Assembly (NCBI RefSeq): GCF_048593235.1
Contig: NC_133619.1
Coordinates: 635,106,558 to 635,170,557 of the forward strand
Length of the DNA stretch: 64,000 nucleotides
Reading direction: 5' to 3'
DNA from: Sminthopsis crassicaudata
Taxonomy: Eukaryota
Part shown: positions 1 to 10,392 of the stretch, piece after piece
Position numbering within the stretch: position 1 is the first letter of the stretch
Layout: each line of letters opens with the position of its first letter
Notes under the pieces: model-generated
Databases searched by the model: none
The model's input: the letters and a program-made list of their open reading frames with translations, nothing else
What the model was told of the DNA's origin: nothing
Translations under genes and position numbers: made by a program

Positions 1-233
1 CGATCACTGTCCGGTGGAGCACTCCCTCCTCCCCACCCACTCCCATTTCATGCCTTTGCTGGTTTTGCATGTTTCCTGTCTCCCCCCCAATCTGCTATGG
101 CTGCTGAGGGAGGGGTCACGGGGCTGTGGTGTCTCTGCATGGCTCTCCCCTGCCCCACAATGGGCGCCGTGGCAGTAACTGCTGAGCGCGGGACCAGCCT
201 TGATGTACCACTCTCCCTCCTCTGTCCCTGTAG

Positions 234-637
234 GAAGCAGGAGCAGCGGCTCGAACAGGAGCGCCAGCGAGAGCAGCCGGCGGGCACTGGGGCGGGAGAA
301 GGAGCGCCGGACAGGGGCCGGGGGCAGTGGGGGCAGCAGTGAGTCGGAGCACACGGTGCGCAGTGCGGCGGGCAGCGGGGGCCGGCGAGATCGCCCACCC
401 AGCCAGCTCAGCCGGGGCAGCAGCCCCCGGAGCCAGCTTTCCGCCGGTGCCCCCGGTCTGCCCCCGCTGCACCCCCTGCCCAAGGCGGGCACCAGGGCGC
501 TGACGACGCTCAGCGGCCCCCCCGGGGGCCCACCTGTGCGCGAGCTGGCCGCGGTGCCCCCCGAGCTCACTGGCAGCCGCCAGTCCTTCCAGAAGGCCAT
601 GGGCAACCCCTGCGAGTTCTTCGTGGACATCATGTAA
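234..637 (+). CDS. DVL1: Dishevelled-1, last coding exon (gene extends upstream of window)
   Basis: Acceptor ...tctgtccctgtAG at 232-233, phase 1. Translation [10 protein letters not shown]...GREKERR...[37 protein letters not shown] matches the DVL1 C-terminus. TAA at 635-637. Confidence 0.97.
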
Positions 638-2300
638 GAGAGAAAGTGCCTTCAGACTTCCCTCCCCCTACCCGGGGTCACGCCTTTGGAGGAGGATTTG
701 AAGGCTTTGGTGAAAAGGACAGTAACGGGGCCAGCCCCTCTGCCCGACCCAGAGGGGGAAGTGCCAAAACCCCCCTTCAGCAGGCTTGCTCCCTAGAGCC
801 CCCCTCAATGCCCAGAGGACAGCACCCAGCCCAGAAGCCACGGTGCGTGGGCCTCGGATTCCCAGCAGCTCCGATTCCTCTTCCTCTTCCCCTTCCTGCT
901 GCTGGGCCAGAGCCCTAGCTGGCGCCCTGGGAGGGACCCCGGCCTCGCAGGCCACAGGCGGCCCCCAGCAGTCACAGAGCGGGGGCTCCGCTTCTTTCCT
1001 GGGGTCTCAGGGTCTTATCCGCACACTAGGGGTAGGAGTGGATGACCTCCCAGGCCCTCTGTCTCACTTGGCTTCTCCGCCAAAGAGCTCCCTAGGTGGG
1101 TGGGACGCGGCTCGGGTCTCCCCTGGAGCTGCAGTGGGCCCTGGGCCGGAGGAGAGGCGGAGAACCCTGGGGCGGCCCTGGCTCGGGCCTGTGGGTGACC
1201 CGGGCTTCCAGCCTGGGCAGTTCGGGGTGTTTGGGGGGGGCAGGCTTGGGAGTTGGGAGCAGGCCCGGCCCTGCGCGGCTCTCATGGCTGCCCGTGAGGG
1301 GAGCGGGAGGATGATGATGCTCGGGGCCCCTGTGGGGAGGATGACCTGGAGACATCAGTCCAAGCCTCGGGGTGTCTCATCCTAAATGAGAAGGACGTCC
1401 TGCCCCGTCTAGGGAGCTCCGCCCCCCCCAGCCCCTCCCTTCGGTCCAGAGGCGTCTCGGCTCTCTTCTCGACCTGGTTCCCTTGTCCCCTGGGTGTCCC
1501 AGCGGAGAAGTCAGGCAGGCCGGCCACAGCACGGTCGCCTATTTGTGGGGGGGCAGTGGCGGGAGGAAGGCTTCGGTTCCCCCCCCCCTCCAAATCTGAA
1601 TCTGGGAGTGAATCATCCCCACTCCCGCCCCCCAGTGGTTTGGGGGAGCCCTAACAGTGCTGTCTTATTTATTTATTTATTGCACCAGGCCTTGAGGGCG
1701 GGTCCCCCTCCCCGGTCTCCCCGACAGGGCCTAGGCCCCAGAGCAGGCTCCTCCCGTAGCTGGCCGAGCCGGGCCCTTGAGGTGGAGAGGAAAGCAGGTG
1801 GCGGCGGGGGCAGGGGCCGCGGGCCAAGAACGAGGGGACTCCGGCTGCCCGCCTTCCTGTTTGCTTTGTTTGCATCTAACTGAATGAGCATGGTTTGTTT
1901 TTCAAGGGCAACATGAGTCTAACCGGTGATTGGCAGAAACCACGCGAGACTGCGTAGGTACAGAAGTGGGGGGGCGGGGACAAAGGCGAAGAAATAATGC
2001 ACATCCCTCCCCCCACTCTGGTCTCCACAGTGCCCCTCCCCCACCCCAGCCTGTTTCCAGGTGTGTCCAGCCCCGGCCCCCTGACCTGGCCTCAGGTGTG
2101 CCCGTCCCACGGGGCCTGGGCTCGTGTGGAACCCAACGCTTCCTGTCCAGTGTCTCGCTTCCACAGGATTCAATTCTGTAGATATTGTATCAAAGCCCAA
2201 GTGTCTGTATAGTTAATATATAGCTGCATCCGTGTAAATGCCGCTTCCGTGTAAATGCTATTTTAAACACTTAAAAAAAAAAAAAAAAAAAAAAAGCTTT
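638..2300 (+). other. DVL1: Probable DVL1 3' UTR (end approximate)
   Basis: Repeat-free GC-rich sequence after the stop, with an AU-rich element at 1665-1681, ending in an AT-rich block and A-tract at 2200-2310. No canonical AATAAA seen. Confidence 0.6.
1665..1681 (+). promoter_or_regulatory. AU-rich element (three overlapping ATTTA)
   Basis: ttatttatttatttatt inside an otherwise GC-rich 3' UTR. Confidence 0.55.
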
Positions 2301-2440
2301 TAATTTTATGTGATTCCTTGGCCTCCTGTCTTTTCTTTCTTCTCCATGGAGCTTTTTGGGAAGCTTTTCCAGACTTGGTCATTACCGTCCTTCCATCATT
2401 TCAGTAGTTTGGGGTTTTCTTGACAAAGATAACTGAAGTC

Positions 2441-2719
2441 CTTCTCCAGCTCATTTTTTACAAATGGAGAAACTGAGGCGAACAGGGGGACCCTGGCTGA
2501 GGGTCACACAGCCTCCTTCTCCAGCTCATTTTTTACAAATGGAGAAACTGAGGCGAACAGGGGGACCCTGGCTGAGGGTCACACAGCCTCCTTCTCCAGC
2601 TCATTTTTTACAAATGGAGAAACTGAGGCGAACAGGGTGACCCTGGCTGAGGGTCACACAGCCTCCTTCTCCAGCTCATTTTTTACAAATGGAGAAACTG
2701 AGGCAAACAGGGGGACCCT
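2441..2719. repeat. 75-bp tandem repeat, about 3.7 copies, derived from a MIR/CORE-SINE fragment
   Basis: Unit cttctccagctcattttttacaaatggagaaactgaggcgaacagggggaccctggctgagggtcacacagcctc starts at 2441, 2516, 2591 and 2666. Copies are nearly identical. GAAACTGAGGC and GGTCACACAGC are MIR core motifs. Confidence 0.92.
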
Positions 2720-3873
2720 TGCTTAAGTGTCTGGAGCAACATTTGAATTCAGGTCTATCCAGGCCCAGTGCTTAGCCTCTGTACCACTTAGCTGCTTCCA
2801 GACCTGGATGTCTTCCTAATTGCTACCTTTTGGGGGGCTTCTTTTGTTCCTAGGTTGGAGGAAGCTCCTGGCCCTATGGAATGTTGTCCGTGGTGCTGAA
2901 AGGTTCTATTGTAATAATGAAAGCTAACCTCTCACTTGAAGGTTTAGTGCTCATTTTCCATCTGGGAGAGCTGCTGTCCGTGGTGCTCCATTTCCTGCAC
3001 CTGTAACTGTGTCTGCACCGCTCCCGACTCCTGTCTCACCCCTGGGCCATCCGAGACCCCCATATAATCCCAAATCTGGGCTAAGGCTCATGTGAGACCA
3101 GAAATACTTGTACGACGGGGTCCTCTCTGACCCGAGGCTTCCTGGCCATGACCTCAAGGGTCTGAGCCACCGAAGGTCCCCTCCTTTCTCCAGTTCCCAG
3201 TTGCCTCCCTTTCTGTTCTGGAGAAGGGCAAAAAGGGCGGCAGTAATGGGAGTAAATGATCCATAATTCTCTGTTTGGCTCAGGCAGATGCTAGGATGAA
3301 CCTGTCTTTCCTGAGCTCGTATCTACTGCTAGGGATGAAAGAAGAAAGAGCAGAGCTTGCAGCTGACCTGGGGTGAGAGTTAAGCCACATACAACAAAAC
3401 TGACTTTGGGTGGACTTCCCAGACATACGTGGGAGACAGAGGGCTGACCTTAGCAACAAAGAACCCGGGTTCAAATCCCACCTTTGTGGCTTGCTAGCGC
3501 TGTGATCTTGGGCAAGTCACAATCACTGTGGGCTTCAGTGTCTATGTGACCGTCATGGCCATAGGTTATATATGACTATATGATCTCAATAAAGAAATTG
3601 GCCTGGATAATCTCTGCTGGTTCCTCTAGGTCTTTGAGGCCCCAGCTCTCTCTCTAGTTCTGCACTCCGGCCAAACTGGATTAACCCCTTTCTTTTGGGT
3701 CATCTGAACCTTCAATGAAGCCCATCCTAATTCACTACCTCCTTATCCCCTTAGCCAGATCTCTCATCAGCCCTAAGCCTGTGAGACCTGGGACTTCTAG
3801 CATCTAGTTCTGTTAAATTTCTCTGTGCCCATATCTTTACCTTTTCCCCACGACTTTATGAGTTTTCTAGGGA

Positions 3874-4241
3874 NNNNNNNNNNNNNNNNNNNNNNNNNNN
3901 NNNNNNNNNNNNNNNNNNNNNNNNNNNNNNNNNNNNNNNNNNNNNNNNNNNNNNNNNNNNNNNNNNNNNNNNNNNNNNNNNNNNNNNNNNNNNNNNNNNN
4001 NNNNNNNNNNNNNNNNNNNNNNNNNNNNNNNNNNNNNNNNNNNNNNNNNNNNNNNNNNNNNNNNNNNNNNNNNNNNNNNNNNNNNNNNNNNNNNNNNNNN
4101 NNNNNNNNNNNNNNNNNNNNNNNNNNNNNNNNNNNNNNNNNNNNNNNNNNNNNNNNNNNNNNNNNNNNNNNNNNNNNNNNNNNNNNNNNNNNNNNNNNNN
4201 NNNNNNNNNNNNNNNNNNNNNNNNNNNNNNNNNNNNNNNNN
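3874..4241. other. Assembly gap (N run)
   Basis: Run of N; right flank is a SINE tail. Confidence 1.
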
Positions 4242-4368
4242 ATTGGGGTTAAGTGGCTTGCCCAGGGTCACCCAGCCAGGAAGTGTTATGTGTCTGAGGC
4301 CAGATTTGAATTCAAGTCTTCCTGACTTCCCGGCTGTTGCTCTACCCACTGAACCACCTAGCTGCCTC
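4242..4368 (-). mobile_element. tRNA-derived marsupial SINE (WSINE1/MAR1-like)
   Basis: Reverse complement reads gaggcagctaggtggttcagtgggtagagc...gaattcaaatctggcctcagacac...tgaccctgggcaagccacttaacccc (pol III A/B boxes plus CORE). Confidence 0.85.
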
Positions 4369-4375
4369 AGTTTCC

Positions 4376-4381
4376 TTTATT
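4376..4381 (-). terminator. TAS1R3: Candidate TAS1R3 polyadenylation signal (AATAAA)
   Basis: tttatt on + strand about 600 nt past the stop. An alternative ATTAAA lies at 4576-4581. Confidence 0.4.
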
Positions 4382-4539
4382 TTTTAATCTCTTCTGGTGC
4401 TCAGTAGTTTTCACTTAGTGTTGTCAGAATGAGAGTGAGCAAAGTCAGGCTGATGACTTGCCGAGCAGAAAAGCTCTTCCTTGGGCCTGAGCTGGACTCA
4501 GTGGAGGACAAAGCTTGCTTCCTACTGATTAGGGATTCT

Positions 4540-4690
4540 TATTTTTCACCACGAACCCTTTCTTAGAACAATGTCTTTAATGCATAAAAAAGAGCCACGG
4601 GATTAAAAAGGAAACCAATTCTATTGAAGCAGTTATGAGAAAAACATTTAGACCACATTCAGATCCTGGTTTAAGGACCTTTGCATGGAG
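4540..4690. mobile_element. Old hAT-Charlie MITE fragment (MER5/MER3-like)
   Basis: aatgcataaaa...ggattaaaaaggaaaccaattctattgaa resembles the ancient MER5-type internal sequence. A related copy lies at about 20680-20830. Confidence 0.4.
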
Positions 4691-4983
4691 GCTGCACAGA
4701 GCTTGGAGGGGAGCAATCACTGGGGGGGGGGGAAATCAAGGGGCACTGGTTCCATGGGGGCCATGTCTGAGGCAACAGAGTCATGGAGCTTGGGACTATG
4801 AGGCTCCGTGTTACTGGGTTTAGGATCACTATGGGGCCGTGGGTGACCCTGGGGGGAGTAAGAGTTCCGCAGGTGCCATAGCCCTGGGTTCCCTGAGGGT
4901 CAGTTACTGTGAGGTTGGGATCGTGGGGCCCTGGAGAGGAATCCTTGTGGAGCCAGGGTCAGCCAGGGCCCAGACTTTGGAAA

Positions 4984-5945
4984 TCACTGGCTCCTGTCCC
5001 TTGGGGCCTTCCCTTCCCCATCTTTCCCACTGTCCCCCGGCTCCAGCTCCAGAAAGTTCTGGAAAAACTCCCGAGTGTTGAGATGCGGCTGCCAGAGCAG
5101 CAGGTAGCACTTGGGCAGGTAGAAGGTAATCAGGATCCCAAGGGCACAGAGCAAGATGGCGCCCATCTGCATGGCCGGCTGGTAGACCTTGGGCACGTTG
5201 GCGAGGAGCGGGATGAAGGAGATCCAGGTGATGAAGTAGGCCAGCATGGCAAAGGTGATGCCCCTGGCCAGGTTGTACCGCCCGGCCTGGCTCTGAACCA
5301 TGAAGGTGCCCAGGAAACAGAGGAAGGCCAGCGCCGCGTTGAGTATGTGCACCACACCAAAGCTGAACCAGGAGCTCACCTGGCAGTGCACCAGGGCCTC
5401 GCGGGGCAGCGTCTTCCAGTCCGTCACCATGCGCTGGGGGAAAGCCAACAGGTACCAGGTGCAGAGCGCACCCTCCACCAGCAGCAGAAGCACCATCAGC
5501 ACCCAGGCTCGGGGCCCGCGCAGCCAACTCCGGAGCCGCCCGGCCCCGCCCGGGAACTCCGAAGCCAGGAAGACCTCAGCTGCTCTGAGGAAGAGGGTGC
5601 CGAGGCAGCCGGTGAAGGGCAGGTGGAAGAGGGGCTGCTGAGCCAGGCAGCTGATATTGCTGGGCTGGCCGGGGAAATGCAAGACACTGAGGCACACCAG
5701 GAGCAGGCAGCCCAGGCCGAAGCAGCTGAGGCTTCCTCCCGAGGCCTGCACCACAGGCGAGCTCCGGCCGTGGCAGAAGAGCCCCAGAGCCGCCAGGCTT
5801 AGGCCCACCTCCAGCAGTAGCAGGAGGAGCAGGGCGACCACCACCGGCTCCCCCCAAGCCAAGAACCTGAGGGTCCGAGGAAAACACCGAGTGCTGAGAT
5901 CAGGAGACCACTGGTGCTCTTGGCAGCGGCTGCAGGTCAGGTCAT
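4984..5945 (-). CDS. TAS1R3: Taste receptor type 1 member 3, exon 6 (end of cysteine-rich domain plus 7TM)
   Basis: Acceptor ctccctccttacAG. Translation [34 protein letters not shown]...[23 protein letters not shown]...[12 protein letters not shown] at 4984-4986. Confidence 0.97.
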
Positions 5946-6750
5946 CTGTAAGGAGGGAGCGGAGGTGTGAGCTGGTTGGCGGCCCCCGAGGGAGCTCCCT
6001 GACCCCCCTCATTCCCTGGGCTTGACATACGGACACCCCAGCACCTGTTCTTCTAGATAACTGATGGAGGATGCAGAGGGGACCGGGAGCCAGATTCCCA
6101 GAGTCAGCCTCCAGAACCCACCTGACAATGTCACTCTTTTCAGAATCTCAGGGCTCTCTCCAGACTTCCAGGAGATTTCTCTAGAATATCCCCCAGGGGC
6201 CACCTGGTTTCCGCTTAGGCCCCAACACCTCTGATGGCGGCCCATTGCAATTCTGGATAGCCAAGGTTTTACTCAAATAGAGAAGTAAAGTAACAGAGCA
6301 CTGAGCTTAGAGCCAGTCATGGATTTGGATCCTGTGTCAGCCCCAGTCAACAAGCACTTATTAAGCACTTAGTGTGTGCCAGCACATAGCACATTAAGTT
6401 CTAAGGACACAAAAAGGAGCTTACATTCAAATAGGGAGAAAAACATTTAAAAAAATATGCAAAAACCAGCACATACAGACTAAATTGGAGGTCATTTAGT
6501 CACTAGCAAGGGAGGTCAGAAAAGTTCGATTTCTTCCTCTGGAAAATGGGGAAGTTGGATTCGGTGACCTCAAAGGTCCTGTGACTACAAAGCTTGGATG
6601 TTGATGTACAATGGACAGAGTGTTGAGTTTATGAAGATCTGAGTTCGAATGTGGCCTCAGACGTGTCCCAGCTGTGTGACTCTGGGCAAATCACTCAACC
6701 CGGTTTGCCTCAGTTCCCTCATTTGTACAAGGAGGATAGTGATGGAACCT

Positions 6751-7800
6751 GCCTCCTAGGACTGCTGTGAGGATCAAATGAGATCAAATGCACTGCCTCG
6801 CACATTTAATAATTTCCTATTTGTAAATAAATAACATAAAGGAGGGAAAAGGACTCACGTGCAAAAATGTTTGTAGCAGCTTTTTTTGTGGTAGCAAAGA
6901 ATTGGAAAATGAGTAGATGCCCATTTGTTGGGAATGGCTGAACAAATTGTGGTATATAAAGGTAATAGAATATTATTGTTCTATAAAAATGATGAATAGG
7001 CTGATTTTAGAAAGGCCTGGAAAGATGAACATGAACCGATACTGAGTGAAACAAGCAGAACCAAGAATACACTGTGTACAGTAACAGCAACAATGTGCCT
7101 GATCAACTGAAAAAGGCTTGGTTCTTCTCAGTGGTTCAGTGAGCCTCCTAGATAACTCCTAGAGTTGTGAGGCTCAAATGAGATCAAATGCACTGCCTCG
7201 CACATTTAATAATTTCCTATTTATAAATAAATAAGAACATAAAGGAGGGAAAAGGACCCACATGTGCAAAAAATGTTTGTAGCAGCTTTTTTTTTTGGTA
7301 GCAAAGAATCGGAAAATGAGTAGATGCCCATTTGTTGGGGAATGGCTGAACAAATTTTGGTATGTAAAGGTAATAGAATATTATTGTTCTATAAAAATGA
7401 TGAACAGGCTGATTTTAGAAAGACCTGGAAAGACTTACATGAACCAATGCTGAGTGAAACAAGCGGAACCAACATTACACTGTATACAGCAAAAATGTGC
7501 CTGAAAAAGGCTCTGTTCTCAGTGGTTCAGTTATCCAAAGCAATCCCAGCAGACTTTGGACAGAAAGTGCCATCTGCAGCCAGAAAAAGATCTAAGGAGA
7601 CTTAGTGTAAATTGACACAGGCTAAAAAAAAAAAAAAAAAAAAAAATATGGGATGATCAACTAGGAAAGGGCTGGTTCTTCTCAGCGGTTCAGTGATCCA
7701 GGGCAATCTCCATAGACCTTGGATAGAAAATGTCATCTGCATCCAGGAAAAGAGCTATGGAGATTGAATGTAAATCAGCACAGGTTCTGTTCAGTTCCTT
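6751..7800 (+). repeat. Tandemly duplicated MIR/L1-3' junction (about 390-400-bp unit) plus a further duplicated L1 3' UTR piece
   Basis: 6751-7140 aligns with 7143-7531 (gg[a/c]tcaaatgagatcaaatgcactgcctcgcacatttaat at 6771 and 7171). 7500-7620 resembles 7650-7790. Contains L1 ORF2 C-terminal remnant (CPFVGEWLNKLWY-like). Confidence 0.85.
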
Positions 7801-7967
7801 TTTGTTTTTTTGTTTTTCCTCTCTCCTGTGGTTTTTCCCTTTTGTTCTGATTTTTCTCTCCCAAATTGATTCATAAAGCAATGTGTATTACAAATAAATA
7901 AATAAACAATAGAAAAGTGTCCTATTTAATATTTAATTTATGGCACACTTAATAATTGCTGGTTTTA

Positions 7968-8144
7968 GGGGGCAGCTAGGTGGCGCAATGGATAGAGCAC
8001 CAGCCTTGAATTCAGGAGGACCCGAGTTCAAATCCGGTCTCAGACACACAACACTTCCTAGCTGTGTGACCCTGGGCAAGTCACTTAACCCCAGCCTCAG
8101 GAAAAAAAAAAAAAAGAAAAAAAAGAAAAGAAAAAAGAAAAAAA
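7968..8144 (+). mobile_element. Young WSINE1-type SINE with poly(A) tail and target-site duplication
   Basis: gggggcagctaggtggcgcaatggatagagcaccagcc...ttaaccccagcctcagg(A)n, flanked by aattgctggtttta at 7954-7967 and 8145-8158. Confidence 0.92.
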
Positions 8145-8158
8145 AATTGCTGGTTTTA

Positions 8159-8280
8159 GGGCAATTAGATGGCACAGTGGATAGAATCCCAGCCCTGGAA
8201 TCAGGACAGTCCAAGTTCAAATTTAACAGCAGAATCTTAGCAGGTTGTGTGACTCTGGTCAAGTCACTTAAAGAAAAATG
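8159..8280 (+). mobile_element. Older SINE of the same class at the same target site
   Basis: gggcaattagatggcacagtggatagaatcccagccctggaatcagg...gtcaagtcactta, followed by taataattgctggtttt at 8281-8297. Confidence 0.8.
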
Positions 8281-8618
8281 TAATAATTGCTGGTTTTCTT
8301 CCTTCCTGTGATCACATGAACTGACATTTGCCCTAATTTCTCCCTGGCAGCTGAAGGCACAGCCAGAGGCTGGGCAAGAAGGACTTACTACTAAGAGGGT
8401 CCCTCATTTTTTCATTTCTGGGAAAAAATCAACCAAGACCAACCAAAGCAATTCTGCTGAGACTATCTCTTTAAAATGGCGCTCTCTCTTCCCAGAAGGG
8501 ACTGCAGAAAGAGCATGAGCCAGTGCTAGAAGGGCAGGAGGGGTCTGTGAATTTAAAGTGAAATTAGGGGCAGGAGGTACATCCTCAGAGGTCAACATGG
8601 GGCTGCTTCTGGACTTAC

Positions 8619-8739
8619 CACGGTTCTTTCTGTAGGTGCCAGCTTTGCAGCTGAGACAGTCATAGCAGCAGGAGTGGAAACCTTTGACCCTCCTCACCTG
8701 GCCTTTCTCACATTCCCGGGAACACCTAGACACAGGCTC
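8619..8739 (-). CDS. TAS1R3: TAS1R3 exon 5 (cysteine-rich domain)
   Basis: ctttcccAG|GAGCCT...CGTG|GTAAGT; 121 bp; [40 protein letters not shown]. Confidence 0.97.
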
Positions 8740-10185
8740 CTGGGAAAGGGAGGAGGAGGGGGAGAAATCACTGGCCAGACGCAGCTGCCCATCCTGGCCA
8801 CACTGAAGGTCCTGGGAGCCCTTTCCCATGTTATGGCTACAAAACAAGCGGCTTCATTTACCGATCCAAAAGGCTTCAGATTCGAGCTTTGCCTGACACT
8901 CTGAGTCTGTCCCTTTTTGGCTCTGGGTCTCAATTTCCCCTTCAGTGACAGAAGAGAATTATCTTGAAGCTCTACAAATAGGCTGGTATATAATGGTGAT
9001 GAATGGGTGAAGCGCAGGACCTGGACTTCATCTTCCTGAATCACATCTGGCCTCTGACACTTACTAGCTGTGTGACCCTGGCCAAGTCACTAAACTCTGT
9101 GTGCCTCAATTTCCCCATCTGAAGAAGGAAATGGCAAAACCTTTCCACAATTCTATTTGATTGATGCTCACAACAACCCTGGGAGGTAAGTACCATTATT
9201 ACTTTTTTTTACAGTGACAGAAACTGAGGCAGACAGAGGTGAATTGACCTGCCCCGGGTCAGCTAGTAAGAGGTCAGATTTGAACTCAAGCCCAGACCCT
9301 GGTGCTCCCTGGCTGCCTCTGAAAAGGATGCTAAATTTGAAGGCAGCAGATCTGGATTCAAATCCCAATTTATCACTACTTGTGTGACTTTGGATAAATG
9401 AGGGCTTCAGTTTCTTTATTTGAATAAATTCAATGTCCCTTGTAGCTCTTGTCTTCAAACTTATGATTTCCATAACCAGTCCTGCAGTAGCCCTGTCTGG
9501 GGAGATGGCCAACCCATCACCATGTCAACCTCATTTGGTCCAAAGGGGAGCTCGTTATCTTAATCCCCAATGTGCCTGTTTGCAAACATAGAGTCACATC
9601 TCCCTTCCCCACCCCCAGTCAGTTGTTAGCCACTTTAAGAGGAACAGCTTTTCCTGGATTCCTCCTGGAACCCTGGGTAATCTGTCTTGGCCTGGAGTGG
9701 TTCCTTCCCATGCTTCCGACCAGGCTTCTGGCTCCTTCTCTCCCCTGTTGGTCACAGACTGACCCAACAGGACCAATGGCACTTATTTCCCATCTCTCCC
9801 CTTTAGCTGAATTCCAAGTGTCCATTCTCCCATGTCTCACCACCGTGTTTTTGTGCAACCTGAGCCTGGACCATATCATCTCCCCAACTCCTCCTCTCAG
9901 ACTCCTAACTAGAGACCTTTCCTGATCCTCCTGGCTGTTTGCCTCAGTTTCCTCATATGTAAAATGAGCTGGAGAAGGAAATGGGAAACGGCTCTAGTAC
10001 CTTTGCTAAGAAAACCATAAATGGAGTCACAAAGAGTCAGACATACTTGAAAAATGAGTCCCTAATATTTGGCATAGTACCAATGGACGTGCTTCCATTT
10101 CCACGTGGACGTGATGGGCTGACCCTGCACAAGGGATCATTCAGACCCTCTGCTTTTCCTCCTTCCCTCCCTGCGCCCCCACTAC

Positions 10186-10392
10186 CTTATTCCCCTGGCT
10201 GTGCCAGCGGATCTGGGAACGATTGAGCTCCAGGCTCCCTTGGAAGGTGCCCACAGTAAGGAGCTCCGGCTCCTCATATCTGTGCCAGACCCACAGCTTC
10301 AGGTCGTAGTTCATGTCCACGTTCCCACTGTCATCGAACTGCAGGGTGAGCGAGCGGGCGGGGAAGCGCAGGTTGTACATCTTGCTCACGAG
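10186..10392 (-). CDS. TAS1R3: TAS1R3 exon 4
   Basis: ccccacAG|CTCGTG...AATAAG|GTAGTG; 207 bp; LVSKMYNLRF...FDDSGNVDMNYDLKLWVW...IRWHSQGNK. Confidence 0.96.

Noticed and set aside
4-633. 209-aa and other minus-strand ORFs over DVL1
   Set aside because: Low-complexity antisense frames of a GC-rich exon.
631-640. AT|GTAAGA possible splice donor overlapping the DVL1 stop codon
   Set aside because: Weak exonic context and no identifiable downstream coding exon; the conserved FVDIM terminus is expected to end here.
2441-2719. Tandem arrays as CRISPR-like loci (also 25694-26060 and 35551-35630)
   Set aside because: No unique spacers, vertebrate genome, units derive from SINE/LINE or simple sequence.
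3825-4349. ORFs spanning N runs (also 11719-12012 and 21047-21690)
   Set aside because: Artefacts of translating assembly gaps.
4909-5802. 297-aa + strand ORF
   Set aside because: Antisense shadow of GC-rich TAS1R3 exon 6; no recognisable domain.
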